64,000 nucleotides of DNA from a bacterium (GCA_963675755.2 CAXXMD010000003.1:704001-768000); one strand, 5' to 3'. Counted from the stretch's first letter, positions 20,930 through 31,358 are shown. The notes: generated from the letters alone by a model not told the origin. Numbers and translations are program-made.

Positions 20930-21907
20930 CTATTTAACATCCTTTGCAAAGTTGATCATGACCTGTCGTATTCTTTTTATGATTCCGGGAGACGGTAAAG
21001 ATTCGACTCCCAATATCATTAATGAAAAATTATCAGCAAGGGTCTCTTCCGGATGGATGACATATTCTGTATTATGCCCAACCTGCTCATAAAATCCTTC
21101 AAGCTGATCAAACGTTGCCAATTCAGGATTTTGAGGATCATACAACTCGCCGGTCCCGTTAGCATCCGAAGAATAATCAACCATCAGGAACGCTACAAAC
21201 ATATATTTGAAAATATCACCACCTGCTTGCATATTATATTTATCGGTTCGCGAATAGAGTATAGGCACTACCCATTTCTGTTCATCCGCAATACTCACCT
21301 GAATACAATGGTCATTAAAAGGAGCATCGGGATTCGTCATTTTACGGGCCTTTAACATCTCGGGGAATTCGATCTCGCCACAATAGTGAAACCCAATACT
21401 TGCATACAATTGTCTCTTGAGCTGTGGATGCGCGCGGGTAATGACATGAAACAATTCATGCGCCAGAACCTCCTGCATAATGCTGTCAGACAGGGTAAAG
21501 ACCTGGGGTGTAAATACCACTGCATTGCTGCGGGTATAGGGCGAGTCCCCTTCAATCTGGCCATTGGTTTTGATCATCAATATGGAATCCGGCAGCAAAT
21601 CCGCAAATGGAGCCAATGCGGGTTTTATATGTTCAAATACATTTTCCACCTGACGCTGTTCATCAGCTTGCCATGCCATGGCCGCATTGCCCGAGTGTTC
21701 CAGAAACTGTTCCAAGGTTACAGCCTGGTCGGTTTTCATACGAGCCGACATGTCGAACGGACTCAAACATTCAATATATTCATCTTTACATGTCAAGATC
21801 TGCCGCGCTTTTTCTGCTGATGCAAAATACAGATTTTGTCCCTGCGCTTGAAAAATACCTATGAGCAGCAACATCACTATCATTACCAATCGGTTTACTG
21901 CATTCAT
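20930..21907 (-). CDS. Secreted putative zincin metallopeptidase
   Basis: Signal peptide; LAHELFHV (HExxH); downstream HPEETLADNF. Confidence 0.7.
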   Translation of the reverse strand: MNAVNRLVMIVMLLLIGIFQAQGQNLYFASAEKARQILTCKDEYIECLSPFDMSARMKTDQAVTLEQFLEHSGNAAMAWQADEQRQVENVFEHIKPALAPFADLLPDSILMIKTNGQIEGDSPYTRSNAVVFTPQVFTLSDSIMQEVLAHELFHVITRAHPQLKRQLYASIGFHYCGEIEFPEMLKARKMTNPDAPFNDHCIQVSIADEQKWVVPILYSRTDKYNMQAGGDIFKYMFVAFLMVDYSSDANGTGELYDPQNPELATFDQLEGFYEQVGHNTEYVIHPEETLADNFSLMILGVESLPSPGIIKRIRQVMINFAKDVK

Positions 21908-21933
21908 TATCTATTCCCCTGTATTTGACACCC

Positions 21934-22458
21934 CTATTCTTCCGAATCTTTGCCCATAACATCAATGATACGCCCGTTATCCAGACGAATGGGACCGTAA
22001 TATTTATCATCTTGTTCCAGATACGCTTTTAACATATCAAAAATTTTATCGATATGCTGCGCAAGCTGATTCACATCAGCTGTTTTATAATAATCACCTT
22101 CATCATCCACGTTCAATTGTTCAAATTCCGGTTCAATCGCTTGTAAAAACTCACAAACCAACACATGAATCTCAATGGGTGCAAACTGGGTTTTAATGTG
22201 CTCCTGGATGTAATAATCCCTGTCAAACTCTAACCGCAAAGGTTCACAATACTCGTGTGGAAAAAACTGCACTCCCTTTGATGGTCCCGTATAGTCCCAC
22301 GTCTCTTTATTTTTTACACGTTTCAGCGTAGTATGCGTTTCTGAAATCTCTTTGACAGACCACCCCATATCCCTGGCTACAACCTTTGCAGAAGCAATAA
22401 CGCGTTCGTAAGCCTGCTCTCCTTTTAATCGTCCTTCGAAATGAATGGTTACGCCCAT
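21934..22458 (-). CDS. Conserved hypothetical protein
   Basis: GGGGAG SD; MGVTIHFEG..PHEYCEPL..KTQFAP..DEGDYY pattern. Confidence 0.75.
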   Translation of the reverse strand: MGVTIHFEGRLKGEQAYERVIASAKVVARDMGWSVKEISETHTTLKRVKNKETWDYTGPSKGVQFFPHEYCEPLRLEFDRDYYIQEHIKTQFAPIEIHVLVCEFLQAIEPEFEQLNVDDEGDYYKTADVNQLAQHIDKIFDMLKAYLEQDDKYYGPIRLDNGRIIDVMGKDSEE

Positions 22459-22472
22459 TGTTTCTCCCCTCG

Positions 22473-23222
22473 TTATTGGATGATATACTCTCCCGTATTT
22501 AAATTTACAGAAATTTCCGGTAATTTGCGATGTTTTTCAAAATATTTGTATCCCTTTTCAAGATTTTTCCAAAATTTAACATCTTTTTTGTCGCTGATCT
22601 TTTCAAAAACCCGCATATGTGTATCATTGAAATGGATTGGAAAAATATGTACGGGTATTTTTTCCTGCCCCTGCGATTTTGCATATACCGCTGTTAAATA
22701 CAATTCCTGAATCTCGTCATCCCAAATGGGAATGCACCCTTTGGTCTGACAACCGCCATGAATGTAAATATCTCCTCCGGGCTTTTCCGGGTCACCCAAA
22801 ATTTTATCGGAAGCATTGGGATAGTTGATCCGTAAAGATAAATAAAATTTGCTGGTTGGATTAAAATTTACAATATGATAAAATCCCTCAGGTATTTGCA
22901 AATCTCCCTCTCGGCGTTTTGGTCCCAGCTTGCCCGAGTTTTTGCAAAACGGCCACGATTTGATAAAACAAAAGGACCCGGTTTCCGTAGATCTGGCCCA
23001 CAATTCAACGGTCTCTTCTTTTTTGAAAATCCGGATAAACATCTCTTTTGGAGGAAATTCCAGGCCCGCCGATTGAAAGGATTTTTCCAAAACCGATAGT
23101 TTAGTGGATTGGGCTTTATGTACACGCTCAAACTGCAATTGATAGTCTAAAAAATCCTTGTCCGTTGCAGATGATTGTGATCCTGGTAAAAATAATAACA
23201 TGATCAAAATTCCCGGTTTCAT
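22473..23222 (-). CDS. YkuD-family L,D-transpeptidase-like protein (YafK/DpaA type)
   Basis: IRIFKKE..ELW; SGKLGPKRREGDLQIPEGFY; NYPNASD; GGDIYIHGGCQTKGC. Confidence 0.9.
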   Translation of the reverse strand: MKPGILIMLLFLPGSQSSATDKDFLDYQLQFERVHKAQSTKLSVLEKSFQSAGLEFPPKEMFIRIFKKEETVELWARSTETGSFCFIKSWPFCKNSGKLGPKRREGDLQIPEGFYHIVNFNPTSKFYLSLRINYPNASDKILGDPEKPGGDIYIHGGCQTKGCIPIWDDEIQELYLTAVYAKSQGQEKIPVHIFPIHFNDTHMRVFEKISDKKDVKFWKNLEKGYKYFEKHRKLPEISVNLNTGEYIIQ

Positions 23223-23246
23223 TTTTAGCCCCCCCCCTTGGCCTGC

Positions 23247-23816
23247 TTATCCGTTGAGTATAGTGAGAATTTCAGGATCTTTGCGTTTGGGGACATGGAC
23301 ATTTTGATCGGGATAGCCTATAATAATGGGGGCAACAATTTGACAATCCTCCGGAATGCCCAGGATTTTTACCAGATCAGGATCTTTGATAACCCCGCCC
23401 AGGTTCACCCAGCAGGTACCCAAACCTCTGTCTGCCGCACCCATCATAAAATAGCTTGCAGCCAAGGTACAATCGATCTGTACATTTTTCAAATGCGACA
23501 GGCCCAAAACCAGAACCAGGCAAGGCGCATTGTAATACACATTATATGCAGGATTGCTTAGCATGGTATCATATTTTTTTGCATAATTATCAGGATTCGC
23601 GCGGATACGTTCCAGGATGTTTTTCTTGCTATCGTCAGACATGCGTAGCATTAATGCTTTATCCTGAACAACAATAAATTTCCACGGCTGTTCATTCCCT
23701 GCGTTCGGAGCCAACGTACTCTCGGTAATCAATTCTTTGATGGTTTCCATAGGTACGGATTTGTCCTGATATTTCCGTATGGAACGTCGTGCTGTCAATA
23801 ACTCTTTATATGTCAA
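23247..23816 (-). CDS. Nitroreductase family protein
   Basis: RRSIRKY; APNAGNEQPWKF; GLGTCWV; IIGYP. Confidence 0.92.
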   Translation of the reverse strand: MTYKELLTARRSIRKYQDKSVPMETIKELITESTLAPNAGNEQPWKFIVVQDKALMLRMSDDSKKNILERIRANPDNYAKKYDTMLSNPAYNVYYNAPCLVLVLGLSHLKNVQIDCTLAASYFMMGAADRGLGTCWVNLGGVIKDPDLVKILGIPEDCQIVAPIIIGYPDQNVHVPKRKDPEILTILNG

Positions 23817-23846
23817 AACAGATTCCTTTCGGTATTTAGAGTTGAA

Positions 23847-24722
23847 TCATTCCCGCTCTTTTCTATTTACCGCAATAACAACCCAGGAATGTGTATTGTG
23901 CAGCAAGGCAGTATTAATTTCCAGATCACCCAATTGAAACATCCCCGGCTCAATACCTGTTTTTACTTCAAGAGATTCATCTTCCAGTTTTACCGTCTCG
24001 GCAAGGTTGATCTTTTCAGAAACAATGATGCCGGTCTGCCCCTTGTCCAGACGCTGCTGCCAGTTGTCACGAAACTGACCCGCAGGCACCAGTGCGTTTT
24101 CAAATATAACAAATTGATTAAAATGGGATTGCATCAACGTATCCATTTCGTAAAAAGAGAATCCATGATCTCCCAACAACTCGCTGTTAGGTGTACCTAA
24201 AATGATCAGTCCGCCTTTTTTGGTCACTCTTGCAAGCTCTTTAATGGCATCGTGTTCCTTGTTATACTCTTTAATGTGTTCCAAAACCTCACTGCAAATT
24301 AGCACATCAAATTGATTGTCAGCATAGTGTTTCAAATCGGTAATACTTTGCAAGCTGAAATGGATATCACGGTATCTGTTTTTAGCAAAACGGATAGCGT
24401 GTTTGGATACATCCGCGCCAAAGACCGCTTTGGCACCAGCCTGCAGCATCATATCCGAACCATAACCGCTGCCGCAGCCTATATCGGCTACTGTTTTTTC
24501 TTTTACAAATTGAGAAACAAAAATATAAAATTTACGATGGTTCAAATAATTGTTAATATCATTCTGTGTTGGGGCACGTTTTAAACCTCTCCGGTTAATA
24601 CACAGCCCATCCGGATAAACTCGTATATAATCTTCCCAATAATATTTACCGGTCAACCTGCCTATAAAATGGCCAAAAGCATCCCATAATTTTAATAAAA
24701 GCATTTTCATGTCTGGTACCAA
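23847..24722 (-). CDS. Class I SAM-dependent methyltransferase
   Basis: VADIGCGSGYG; FDVLICSEVLEH; RVTKKGGLIILGTPN. Confidence 0.9.
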   Translation of the reverse strand: MVPDMKMLLLKLWDAFGHFIGRLTGKYYWEDYIRVYPDGLCINRRGLKRAPTQNDINNYLNHRKFYIFVSQFVKEKTVADIGCGSGYGSDMMLQAGAKAVFGADVSKHAIRFAKNRYRDIHFSLQSITDLKHYADNQFDVLICSEVLEHIKEYNKEHDAIKELARVTKKGGLIILGTPNSELLGDHGFSFYEMDTLMQSHFNQFVIFENALVPAGQFRDNWQQRLDKGQTGIIVSEKINLAETVKLEDESLEVKTGIEPGMFQLGDLEINTALLHNTHSWVVIAVNRKERE

Positions 24723-24853
24723 TCCATGTATTCAATATTTACTACGTGACTTTGTAAAACAAGTAACATTTTTTTTGAGAGCGTATTATTCTATAATTAG
24801 ACAAGTTGGTAATATTTGAATATTATCAACTCGAAAACCCATGAAATAGAAAC

Positions 24854-24881
24854 AAAAAATGCCGGAGGGACATCCGGCATT
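24854..24881 (-). terminator. Rho-independent terminator of hup
   Basis: AATGCCGGA-gggaca-TCCGGCATT stem followed by a T-run on the minus strand, just after the stop codon. Confidence 0.8.
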
Positions 24882-24890
24882 ATATAAAAA

Positions 24891-25163
24891 TTATTTATTT
24901 ACAGCATCTTTGAGTGCTTTTCCGGGTACGAATTTCGGTACTGTTTTGGCTGCAATTTGAATGGTTTGACCGGTCAGGGGATTACGTCCCTGTCTTGCGG
25001 GTTTGTCTACAACTTTAAAAGTTCCAAATCCAATCAATGGTACAGATTCACCGGCTTTTAATGCCTCGGTAATGGTGGAGAGAACTTTGTCAACAGCTTC
25101 TTTTGCTGATTTTTTAGTCCCCGTAACTTCAGCAACCTTGGTAACAAGTTCAGCTTTATTCAT
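24891..25163 (-). CDS. hup: HU family DNA-binding protein
   Basis: MNKAELV..GFGTFKV..ARQGRNPLTG..I.IAAK.VPKF.PGKALKDAVN; AAGGAGG SD. Confidence 0.97.
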   Translation of the reverse strand: MNKAELVTKVAEVTGTKKSAKEAVDKVLSTITEALKAGESVPLIGFGTFKVVDKPARQGRNPLTGQTIQIAAKTVPKFVPGKALKDAVNK

Positions 25164-25399
25164 TCAGCCCTCCTTGAAAAATAATGATGTGCCTCCCCCT
25201 GACAGAGTCAGCACGATTGCAGGATGCGCTTTAGCGCATCTCGTTAAATACTCCTTTATGATGCTTCAGCTTGCATCCTAAGGACTGGTATATTCAAATA
25301 AGGGATTTTTTTTAGAAACAATCAAGCAATTTATCATTTTTTTCTTACATAATTGGAAAACCATAAGAAAATTCTCAATTATTTTATCATATTCACCTG

Positions 25400-26215
25400 T
25401 TATTTACGGATACTGGCTAGAAAAGCTTTACCTTGGTCTTTTTTATTCTGTCTCTCAAAGGCATTATGTGTCCAGTTTAGTATATCTTCAATATAGTAAC
25501 TATCCGGATATGTATTGATAAAATCTAATACTGAATCTTTAATCAATTCAGTATCTGTATTGGTTTTATCCTGCAGCAGCGTAAATACATTGCTGTAAGA
25601 AGCAATCTCCGAGTAGACACTATTGGGAAACGTATTAGTCAAACTATCCAGACAGTTTATGAATTTTTGATAATTGTTATTCTTTTTCGCAGTATAACCC
25701 ATTTTCAACAATTCAAAGGCTTCTTTGTCATCACCTTCGGGCTCAACAACTGTAAATGAAAGAGTATCCTTTTCAAACTTTTGAATCGGTCCTTTAATGT
25801 TTACTTTATATATTCCGGGAGGTAAATACATCATGTAAAAATCTTTATACCACTCATCTTCTCCAAAGTCTTTAAGCAGATTCAAATCAATTACAGCCAG
25901 GCTGTCCCCTTTTCTCATAGGCTCAGTTTTGCTCCAATCAGCAGTAATACATATATTCGAACTGTAATCTTTATTTAATGTAACATTGTCCAAAACAAGA
26001 AATTGAGTAACCATTAAATTATTCAGACGTGGTCCATATTTGCTATAATTATATAACCTGTAATTAAAAATAACCGGTTCCATTGGCAGATATTGAGATT
26101 TATTTGTAGAGAACACAGTCTCTGTATCAAAAGACCTCGACAAAGCTAACTGAGAAAGAATCAAAACCAACAAGGCTAAATTAAGCACAACTTTTTTCAA
26201 ATGGACCTCCCGCAA
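25400..26215 (-). CDS. Secreted hypothetical protein (Ig-like plus helical; start probably TTG LKKVV)
   Basis: Signal peptide after GGAGG SD; LPPGIYKV; repeated FPNSVY/YPDSYY BamD/TPR-like motifs. Confidence 0.7.
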   Translation of the reverse strand: MREVHLKKVVLNLALLVLILSQLALSRSFDTETVFSTNKSQYLPMEPVIFNYRLYNYSKYGPRLNNLMVTQFLVLDNVTLNKDYSSNICITADWSKTEPMRKGDSLAVIDLNLLKDFGEDEWYKDFYMMYLPPGIYKVNIKGPIQKFEKDTLSFTVVEPEGDDKEAFELLKMGYTAKKNNNYQKFINCLDSLTNTFPNSVYSEIASYSNVFTLLQDKTNTDTELIKDSVLDFINTYPDSYYIEDILNWTHNAFERQNKKDQGKAFLASIRK

Positions 26216-26381
26216 ACATTTTTAAAATTGTCTTTTAAAAGCAACAAGGTGATTTACCTGAATCATACAACCACAGGATAAATATTTTTACCAGCAATCA
26301 ATTTCATCAATATTAAATACTCGAGTATTGTTTAATTTTAAACATATATAAATTAATCTGGTTCCCACAATATTTATTATA

Positions 26382-27080
26382 TCAAATGGTATTCGTGTTT
26401 GAATGATGAAATATTATTTTGGGTAGTATTTTTTCAAATTCTTCTTTATATAGTATTTTTGAACTTTTATTATAACCAACAGAGTCTTTTACTTCAGCAT
26501 AGAGTGAAATAAAAATATAATCTTTTCTATTTTCCGGAAAATGTAAATACAAATACGCATAATTATTTCTACCGGCACCCATTGTAATATAGCTTAACCG
26601 ATAAAAATCTTTTCCTTCAATATTTAAAGAATCAAATGACATCTCTTTTGACAAGCTATACATTCCAGTGTTTACACCATATTCAATCATCCCATCAATT
26701 TCATGCTGCGCATATTCCCTGGCTAACTGATCTATTGGTATATCTTTAACCAATGAAACTTCCAGGGGCTGAATTTGAAAAGACATTTCAAATGTATTAT
26801 TGATATGTTCTTTATTAATACTTATAACCTGATAATCTCCTCCAATCACATTCAAAAACCAGCCTTCAAGAAACCCACTTGCATCAGCTTTATTTAAATC
26901 AAGGGTATAATTCTCCATTTCCACACAGACGTCTGAAGAATCAATTCTTACTCCTTTACCGGAAAAACATCCAACCAACGATAAAGAACAAATCAGAATA
27001 ACAAGTACAATTTTATGTGAGAACAACCTGGTTATATTGTTTGTGTTGCAATTAAAGTTTTTTATAATTTTTCTCATCAT
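26382..27080 (-). CDS. Hypothetical lipoprotein
   Basis: Lipobox LVGC after a hydrophobic stretch; AGGGG SD. Confidence 0.7.
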   Translation of the reverse strand: MMRKIIKNFNCNTNNITRLFSHKIVLVILICSLSLVGCFSGKGVRIDSSDVCVEMENYTLDLNKADASGFLEGWFLNVIGGDYQVISINKEHINNTFEMSFQIQPLEVSLVKDIPIDQLAREYAQHEIDGMIEYGVNTGMYSLSKEMSFDSLNIEGKDFYRLSYITMGAGRNNYAYLYLHFPENRKDYIFISLYAEVKDSVGYNKSSKILYKEEFEKILPKIIFHHSNTNTI

Positions 27081-27157
27081 ACTTCCCCTTTTTTTAATTA
27101 ATAAATCATCCGCTACCTGGAGTTTCCCTTGTTATACCCACCAGATACTACAAAAAA

Positions 27158-27673
27158 CTAGTCATCCCCTGGCTTGAGAAGAAAAAAATTAGATATAGAA
27201 TAGACCAGAATCATTTGTTTATTAGGAAAATATTTATAAGCCAACTCATCCGCGAGTTTGGTCAGTTCCGCATCAATCTCTTCCCGTAAGACACTAAAAT
27301 CACTAACAGAAATCTCTTTACGATTCAATATTTTCCGAACTGTAATTCCTCGTGCTTCAACCATGAAACGCTGCATCATATCTTTATATGTATCTGTATT
27401 ATAAGACTTGAAAGATTTTGGTTTATCGAATGATTGAATAGATACTACAAGATTATATAAACCCTTTTCAGCAATTTCAACACTAACAACCACATTTTCA
27501 GAATAACGGTCATACCCGGAAGAATAAAAACTAGAACTAATACTGGGCATAGCAGTTGCGGAAAATAACAGTACACATGCAATGATTGTTAAAGAATCTT
27601 TAATCATGGCAGCCTCCCTAATTTGGTTTTTCAAGATAAAACCTTTAATGAGTTGACTGTATGATTGTTCCAT
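27158..27673 (-). CDS. Secreted hypothetical protein (start probably MIKDS at ~27607)
   Basis: GGGAGG SD before internal ATG, followed by a signal peptide. Confidence 0.65.
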   Translation of the reverse strand: MEQSYSQLIKGFILKNQIREAAMIKDSLTIIACVLLFSATAMPSISSSFYSSGYDRYSENVVVSVEIAEKGLYNLVVSIQSFDKPKSFKSYNTDTYKDMMQRFMVEARGITVRKILNRKEISVSDFSVLREEIDAELTKLADELAYKYFPNKQMILVYSISNFFLLKPGDD

Positions 27674-27677
27674 TTTA

Positions 27678-27710
27678 AATGCCTGTTATGTTTAATACAC
27701 AACAGGCATT
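27678..27710 (-). terminator. Hairpin/terminator after the heparinase-like gene
   Basis: AATGCCTGTT ... AACAGGCATT 10-bp stem. Confidence 0.5.
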
Positions 27711-27750
27711 AATTAATCTGACTTGAATCCAGGGATAGAATTTATTATTG

Positions 27751-29601
27751 TTATTCCCCACTCAACCGGGTTACCAGTTCCAGCTTGTCATCTTGAACAG
27801 TATACGCAGGTATGCGGATCTCGATCCGTTTCAGGCCCTCAATTTGCTTATCAAGCTCCATGGGAGCTGGATTCAGCGAGATCACAGATACCATTAATTC
27901 AGGATGCGACAAGGTCTCCAGCTTTAATGATTTTCCGTTCTGTGTTAATACCGCACCCCCATCAACAATCTCTACATCGGCTTTGGTGATAAGCTGCCAT
28001 ACAATGCTTTCAGTGGAATCGGTCAGCACAATTTCATCTTTAATGGTCAAAGACGCAGGAGTATCTTGAATAAATGTACGCTCTGCACTTTTCACACAAG
28101 CTCCCAATGTGGGCTGCATATCCAGTGTTGCTGTGGGAGTATCACCGGTTTTTAAATCGAGCAGATAACAGCGTCCGTCTACCTGGTGCGGCAGATTGTT
28201 CACTGTAATGGTACTGTGGCCGTGGTTTCCTTTGGTCAGCAGCGTCCATCGTTGTGAGCCCTGTTTGTGACTCCACAAGTCGAATCCTGTTTTTTCCAGA
28301 TGATAATAGTCCTGATTACCAGGATCAACCACCCAGCGTTCACCATCCAGTTCAAAGACAAAAGACCCAATATCCATATTGCCATGATTGTCTCCGGCAC
28401 GCCCACCTTTGGTGGCTAAATAGAATTGACGCGGATCTTCTTTTCCTCCCTGAAATACCACAACCGGGGTCCTTCCCGAATCTGCATAGACATTGGGAAT
28501 CTGTGTTTCGCTTTTTTCATTAAATTGAGACAACCAAACCAGACCTGCACCGCCTAACCGGGAAATACCACCCATCTCTTTTGCGGGACGTAAAAACCGG
28601 TCTTTTTGATAAAAGGCAGCATTACCCGTTTGTACAGCAAACCAGGCCAAAAAGATATCTCCGTTTTTGCTGCTATAATCACCACAATCACCATAGTTAA
28701 AATATTGGCCGGATGGCGCCTCCATTACTATTTTGAACATGGCGCTTTCTTTTAATCCGCGATAATCGGCAAGGCCAAAATCTGTGCCCAACGCGCTTTG
28801 CAGCATAGACGCAGTCATGACAGTAAATCCGGTACCGTATCCCCAATAGGTTGCACCCTCGGGATAAACACCATCGGCACCGTATTCTTTTAAAGCATGC
28901 GGCATATTGTCGAGCGCGCGAGAGATGGTGTTTGATGCCAGCTCGGGATCAATCTCGGCAATTTCAATAGCAGCAGCCACCATTCCGCAATGGCAGACCT
29001 GGTTCCAATTGTTGATACCATAGATCCAGGTTACTCCGGGTACAAAACTGGGCATCAATCCCTTTTTGATGAGCGCCACATGTGCTGAATCTATAGTTGC
29101 CTGCGGCAGGTCACCGTCAGTCCAGTCCAGTGCAAGAGCAACACCCAAAGCCATCTCGGAAACATCCAAAAAGTGAGACGGGTTCCAATCCGTAAAACTG
29201 CAAACCGCCTGCAATTCCTGGTCTATACGATCTAATGCTTTTTTATCTTTTTCAACATAATACACCATACCCAGCATGTTCATACGATTTAAAAATCGTC
29301 GCGACACTGACAAGAGTCGTTTACCCGTCATAACCCGCTCGAGCAAAGGCTGATCATAAATATTATCTGCGCTATACTTGATGCCCTTGTACACATTCTG
29401 CACAACCGGATCAGATTTTAATTTCTTTTTGAGAATCTTTTCATTTTTGGGATTCAGGACCAGGCGAGGGCGCTTTTTCTCTAAATGTTTTTTCAGGTAC
29501 TTTACCGACATGGGATTTTCAAGCAGCGGCATATCAACCTGCGCCACAGCGTTAAAACCGAATACCAAAAGAATACATACTGACAATACTGTTTTTTTCA
29601 A
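27751..29601 (-). CDS. Heparinase II/III-like polysaccharide lyase
   Basis: Signal peptide; RPRLVL; WNPSHFLDV; NNWNQVC; DGVYPEGATYWGYG; NHGNMDIGSFVF; HSTITVN. Confidence 0.88.
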   Translation of the reverse strand: MKKTVLSVCILLVFGFNAVAQVDMPLLENPMSVKYLKKHLEKKRPRLVLNPKNEKILKKKLKSDPVVQNVYKGIKYSADNIYDQPLLERVMTGKRLLSVSRRFLNRMNMLGMVYYVEKDKKALDRIDQELQAVCSFTDWNPSHFLDVSEMALGVALALDWTDGDLPQATIDSAHVALIKKGLMPSFVPGVTWIYGINNWNQVCHCGMVAAAIEIAEIDPELASNTISRALDNMPHALKEYGADGVYPEGATYWGYGTGFTVMTASMLQSALGTDFGLADYRGLKESAMFKIVMEAPSGQYFNYGDCGDYSSKNGDIFLAWFAVQTGNAAFYQKDRFLRPAKEMGGISRLGGAGLVWLSQFNEKSETQIPNVYADSGRTPVVVFQGGKEDPRQFYLATKGGRAGDNHGNMDIGSFVFELDGERWVVDPGNQDYYHLEKTGFDLWSHKQGSQRWTLLTKGNHGHSTITVNNLPHQVDGRCYLLDLKTGDTPTATLDMQPTLGACVKSAERTFIQDTPASLTIKDEIVLTDSTESIVWQLITKADVEIVDGGAVLTQNGKSLKLETLSHPELMVSVISLNPAPMELDKQIEGLKRIEIRIPAYTVQDDKLELVTRLSGE

Positions 29602-29697
29602 TTTTCCGTCCTGTGTTTGGGTGAATAGATATTTTGAATTTTAAACTGTAAAACCACAAAAGCTCAAAGAATAATATTGTCAAATTTAAAATACAAA

Positions 29698-30612
29698 TTA
29701 TAATTTTGATACATTATTTTTAATATATTTCTTAATTTGAAAATATGTGGGGGCTAATTCGGTATTTTTTTTAAAGACCTCAAAATTCTCAAAAGCCTTA
29801 TCAACTCCAACAAATGTACTGTATTCCAAGCATGAAGAACAAAAAATTTCATATAAATGAACATATGAATAAATTATTCCCATATTAATATTATATATAG
29901 AAATATCTGACAATACTGTTGGGTCCGAATGTATGTTCCAACTTAAAACAGGAAATATTTCAATATATAAATCTTCTAAATCACAAAATTTTGTAATTTT
30001 ATTATCAATCAGTTTAGCTCTATCCTTCACATTTAAATCAGACCAATGATCAGGATAGACAAGTTTCCCCTTTGGATTTCTTTCCTTTTTCCACAAATTA
30101 ATAATTTTATTTTCAACACTATCCGTATTCTTATCTATAAAATCACTTTGTAAATCTTTTTCCTTTTTAACGTCTATTTTATTCTGATAATGATGTACTA
30201 TTTTTTGAGCATATTTCAATTTTGCTATATTATTGTAAAAACCATATTTTTCAATATCATCTTCTATCACCTTATTAATTATTAATATTAAATCAATATA
30301 TAATTCAAAACATGTTCTTGTTATAGAGGCTATTGTTTGAAAATCCTTAATATCATTTAATTTTACTGTTGATTTAATTAATATATACATACGCAAAAAA
30401 ATATCCCTTACTACTGCAAATCTATCTTTGGGTTGTATTAAAGGAATTTTCAGGATAACTTTTGTAACAAAATCCTCCAAATACTGGAGAGAACTATAAT
30501 AAGCATCTAAAAATTTTTCAATTTTTCTTTTATCAACATCCAAAATCTCTAGTGGGATATTATACTTCTTGATATTATTTATTATTTCACTTTCAAAATC
30601 TACAATACCCAT
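29698..30612 (-). CDS. Very AT-rich hypothetical protein, DUF5677/HEPN-like
   Basis: Helical; ITRTCFELYIDL and LYIEIFPVLSWNIHSDP motifs; composition clearly more AT-rich than flanks. Confidence 0.6.
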   Translation of the reverse strand: MGIVDFESEIINNIKKYNIPLEILDVDKRKIEKFLDAYYSSLQYLEDFVTKVILKIPLIQPKDRFAVVRDIFLRMYILIKSTVKLNDIKDFQTIASITRTCFELYIDLILIINKVIEDDIEKYGFYNNIAKLKYAQKIVHHYQNKIDVKKEKDLQSDFIDKNTDSVENKIINLWKKERNPKGKLVYPDHWSDLNVKDRAKLIDNKITKFCDLEDLYIEIFPVLSWNIHSDPTVLSDISIYNINMGIIYSYVHLYEIFCSSCLEYSTFVGVDKAFENFEVFKKNTELAPTYFQIKKYIKNNVSKL

Positions 30613-30801
30613 ATATTACCTTGTAATGCAAAAACGTAAAATTATAATAGACCTAAATAAATCACTTATTCCCCAATATACATTCATTAATTTACATTAA
30701 CAATCCCACCCGAAACATGCAAGTAAACAATTATAACTTTATTTTCAGATGAAACAAGAACGGCTCCATTACGTCTATTAGGATGAATAAAACATGCAGT
30801 A

Positions 30802-31302
30802 TTGTGTTTTAATGATAAACCAAGGAGTATTTATATGAAATCAAAACATAAAATGATAATGATTGGCGTACTTTTTATTGCCATTGCGTTCCTGTCTGGT
30901 TGTGCGGCAAATAATACCATGTATCTGGAAAAACCCGCAGGATTTTGGGCAGGATTATGGCACGGATTTATCATAGTTATCTCTTTTATCATCAGTCTGT
31001 TCACTGACAGTGTTACCGTGTACGAATTCAATAATACAGGAAACTGGTACAATTTCGGGTTTGTTCTGGGTGCAATGATCGCACTGGGTGGACAAGGCAA
31101 AATGTGCTGTAAAAAGAAGCCCAAAAGTGACAAGGAAAAAGAATGGGAAGAAATTGGCGTCAAAGTAGAAGAAAAAGTTCGTACCGGTATCAAAAAATGG
31201 GTAGATGAAAACGATGAAGAAAAATCCGAATGGGAAGAGATTGGTAAAAAAGTTGAAGAAAAGATCAAACGGGAACTGCGCAACTGGGCGGACAAAGAAT
31301 AA
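30802..31302 (+). CDS. Membrane lipoprotein with duplicated C-terminal helix (start probably MKSKH at 30835)
   Basis: AAGGAG SD; lipobox LSGC; AGFWAGLWHG...YEFNNTGNWYNFGF; two EWEEIGxKVEEK repeats. Confidence 0.8.
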   Translation: MCFNDKPRSIYMKSKHKMIMIGVLFIAIAFLSGCAANNTMYLEKPAGFWAGLWHGFIIVISFIISLFTDSVTVYEFNNTGNWYNFGFVLGAMIALGGQGKMCCKKKPKSDKEKEWEEIGVKVEEKVRTGIKKWVDENDEEKSEWEEIGKKVEEKIKRELRNWADKE

Positions 31303-31305
31303 TTG

Positions 31306-31347
31306 AAAAAAAAACGCTCCCACCCGGATTAAATGAGTGGGAGCGTT
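31306..31347 (-). terminator. Rho-independent terminator between convergent genes
   Basis: AACGCTCCCAC ... GTGGGAGCGTT stem with an A9 run (T9 on minus strand). Confidence 0.8.
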
Positions 31348-31358
31348 GAATATACATG

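Noticed and set aside
25320-25410. Possible frameshifted C-terminal extension of 25400-26215 (..RKITGEYDKIIENFL)
   Set aside because: Plausible by eye, but there is no long homopolymer and no homologue evidence available; too weak to call.
16613-27673. Run of short co-oriented unrelated genes as an integron cassette array
   Set aside because: The intergenic gaps are short or dissimilar, with no recurring attC-like element that I could see, and the run includes hup.
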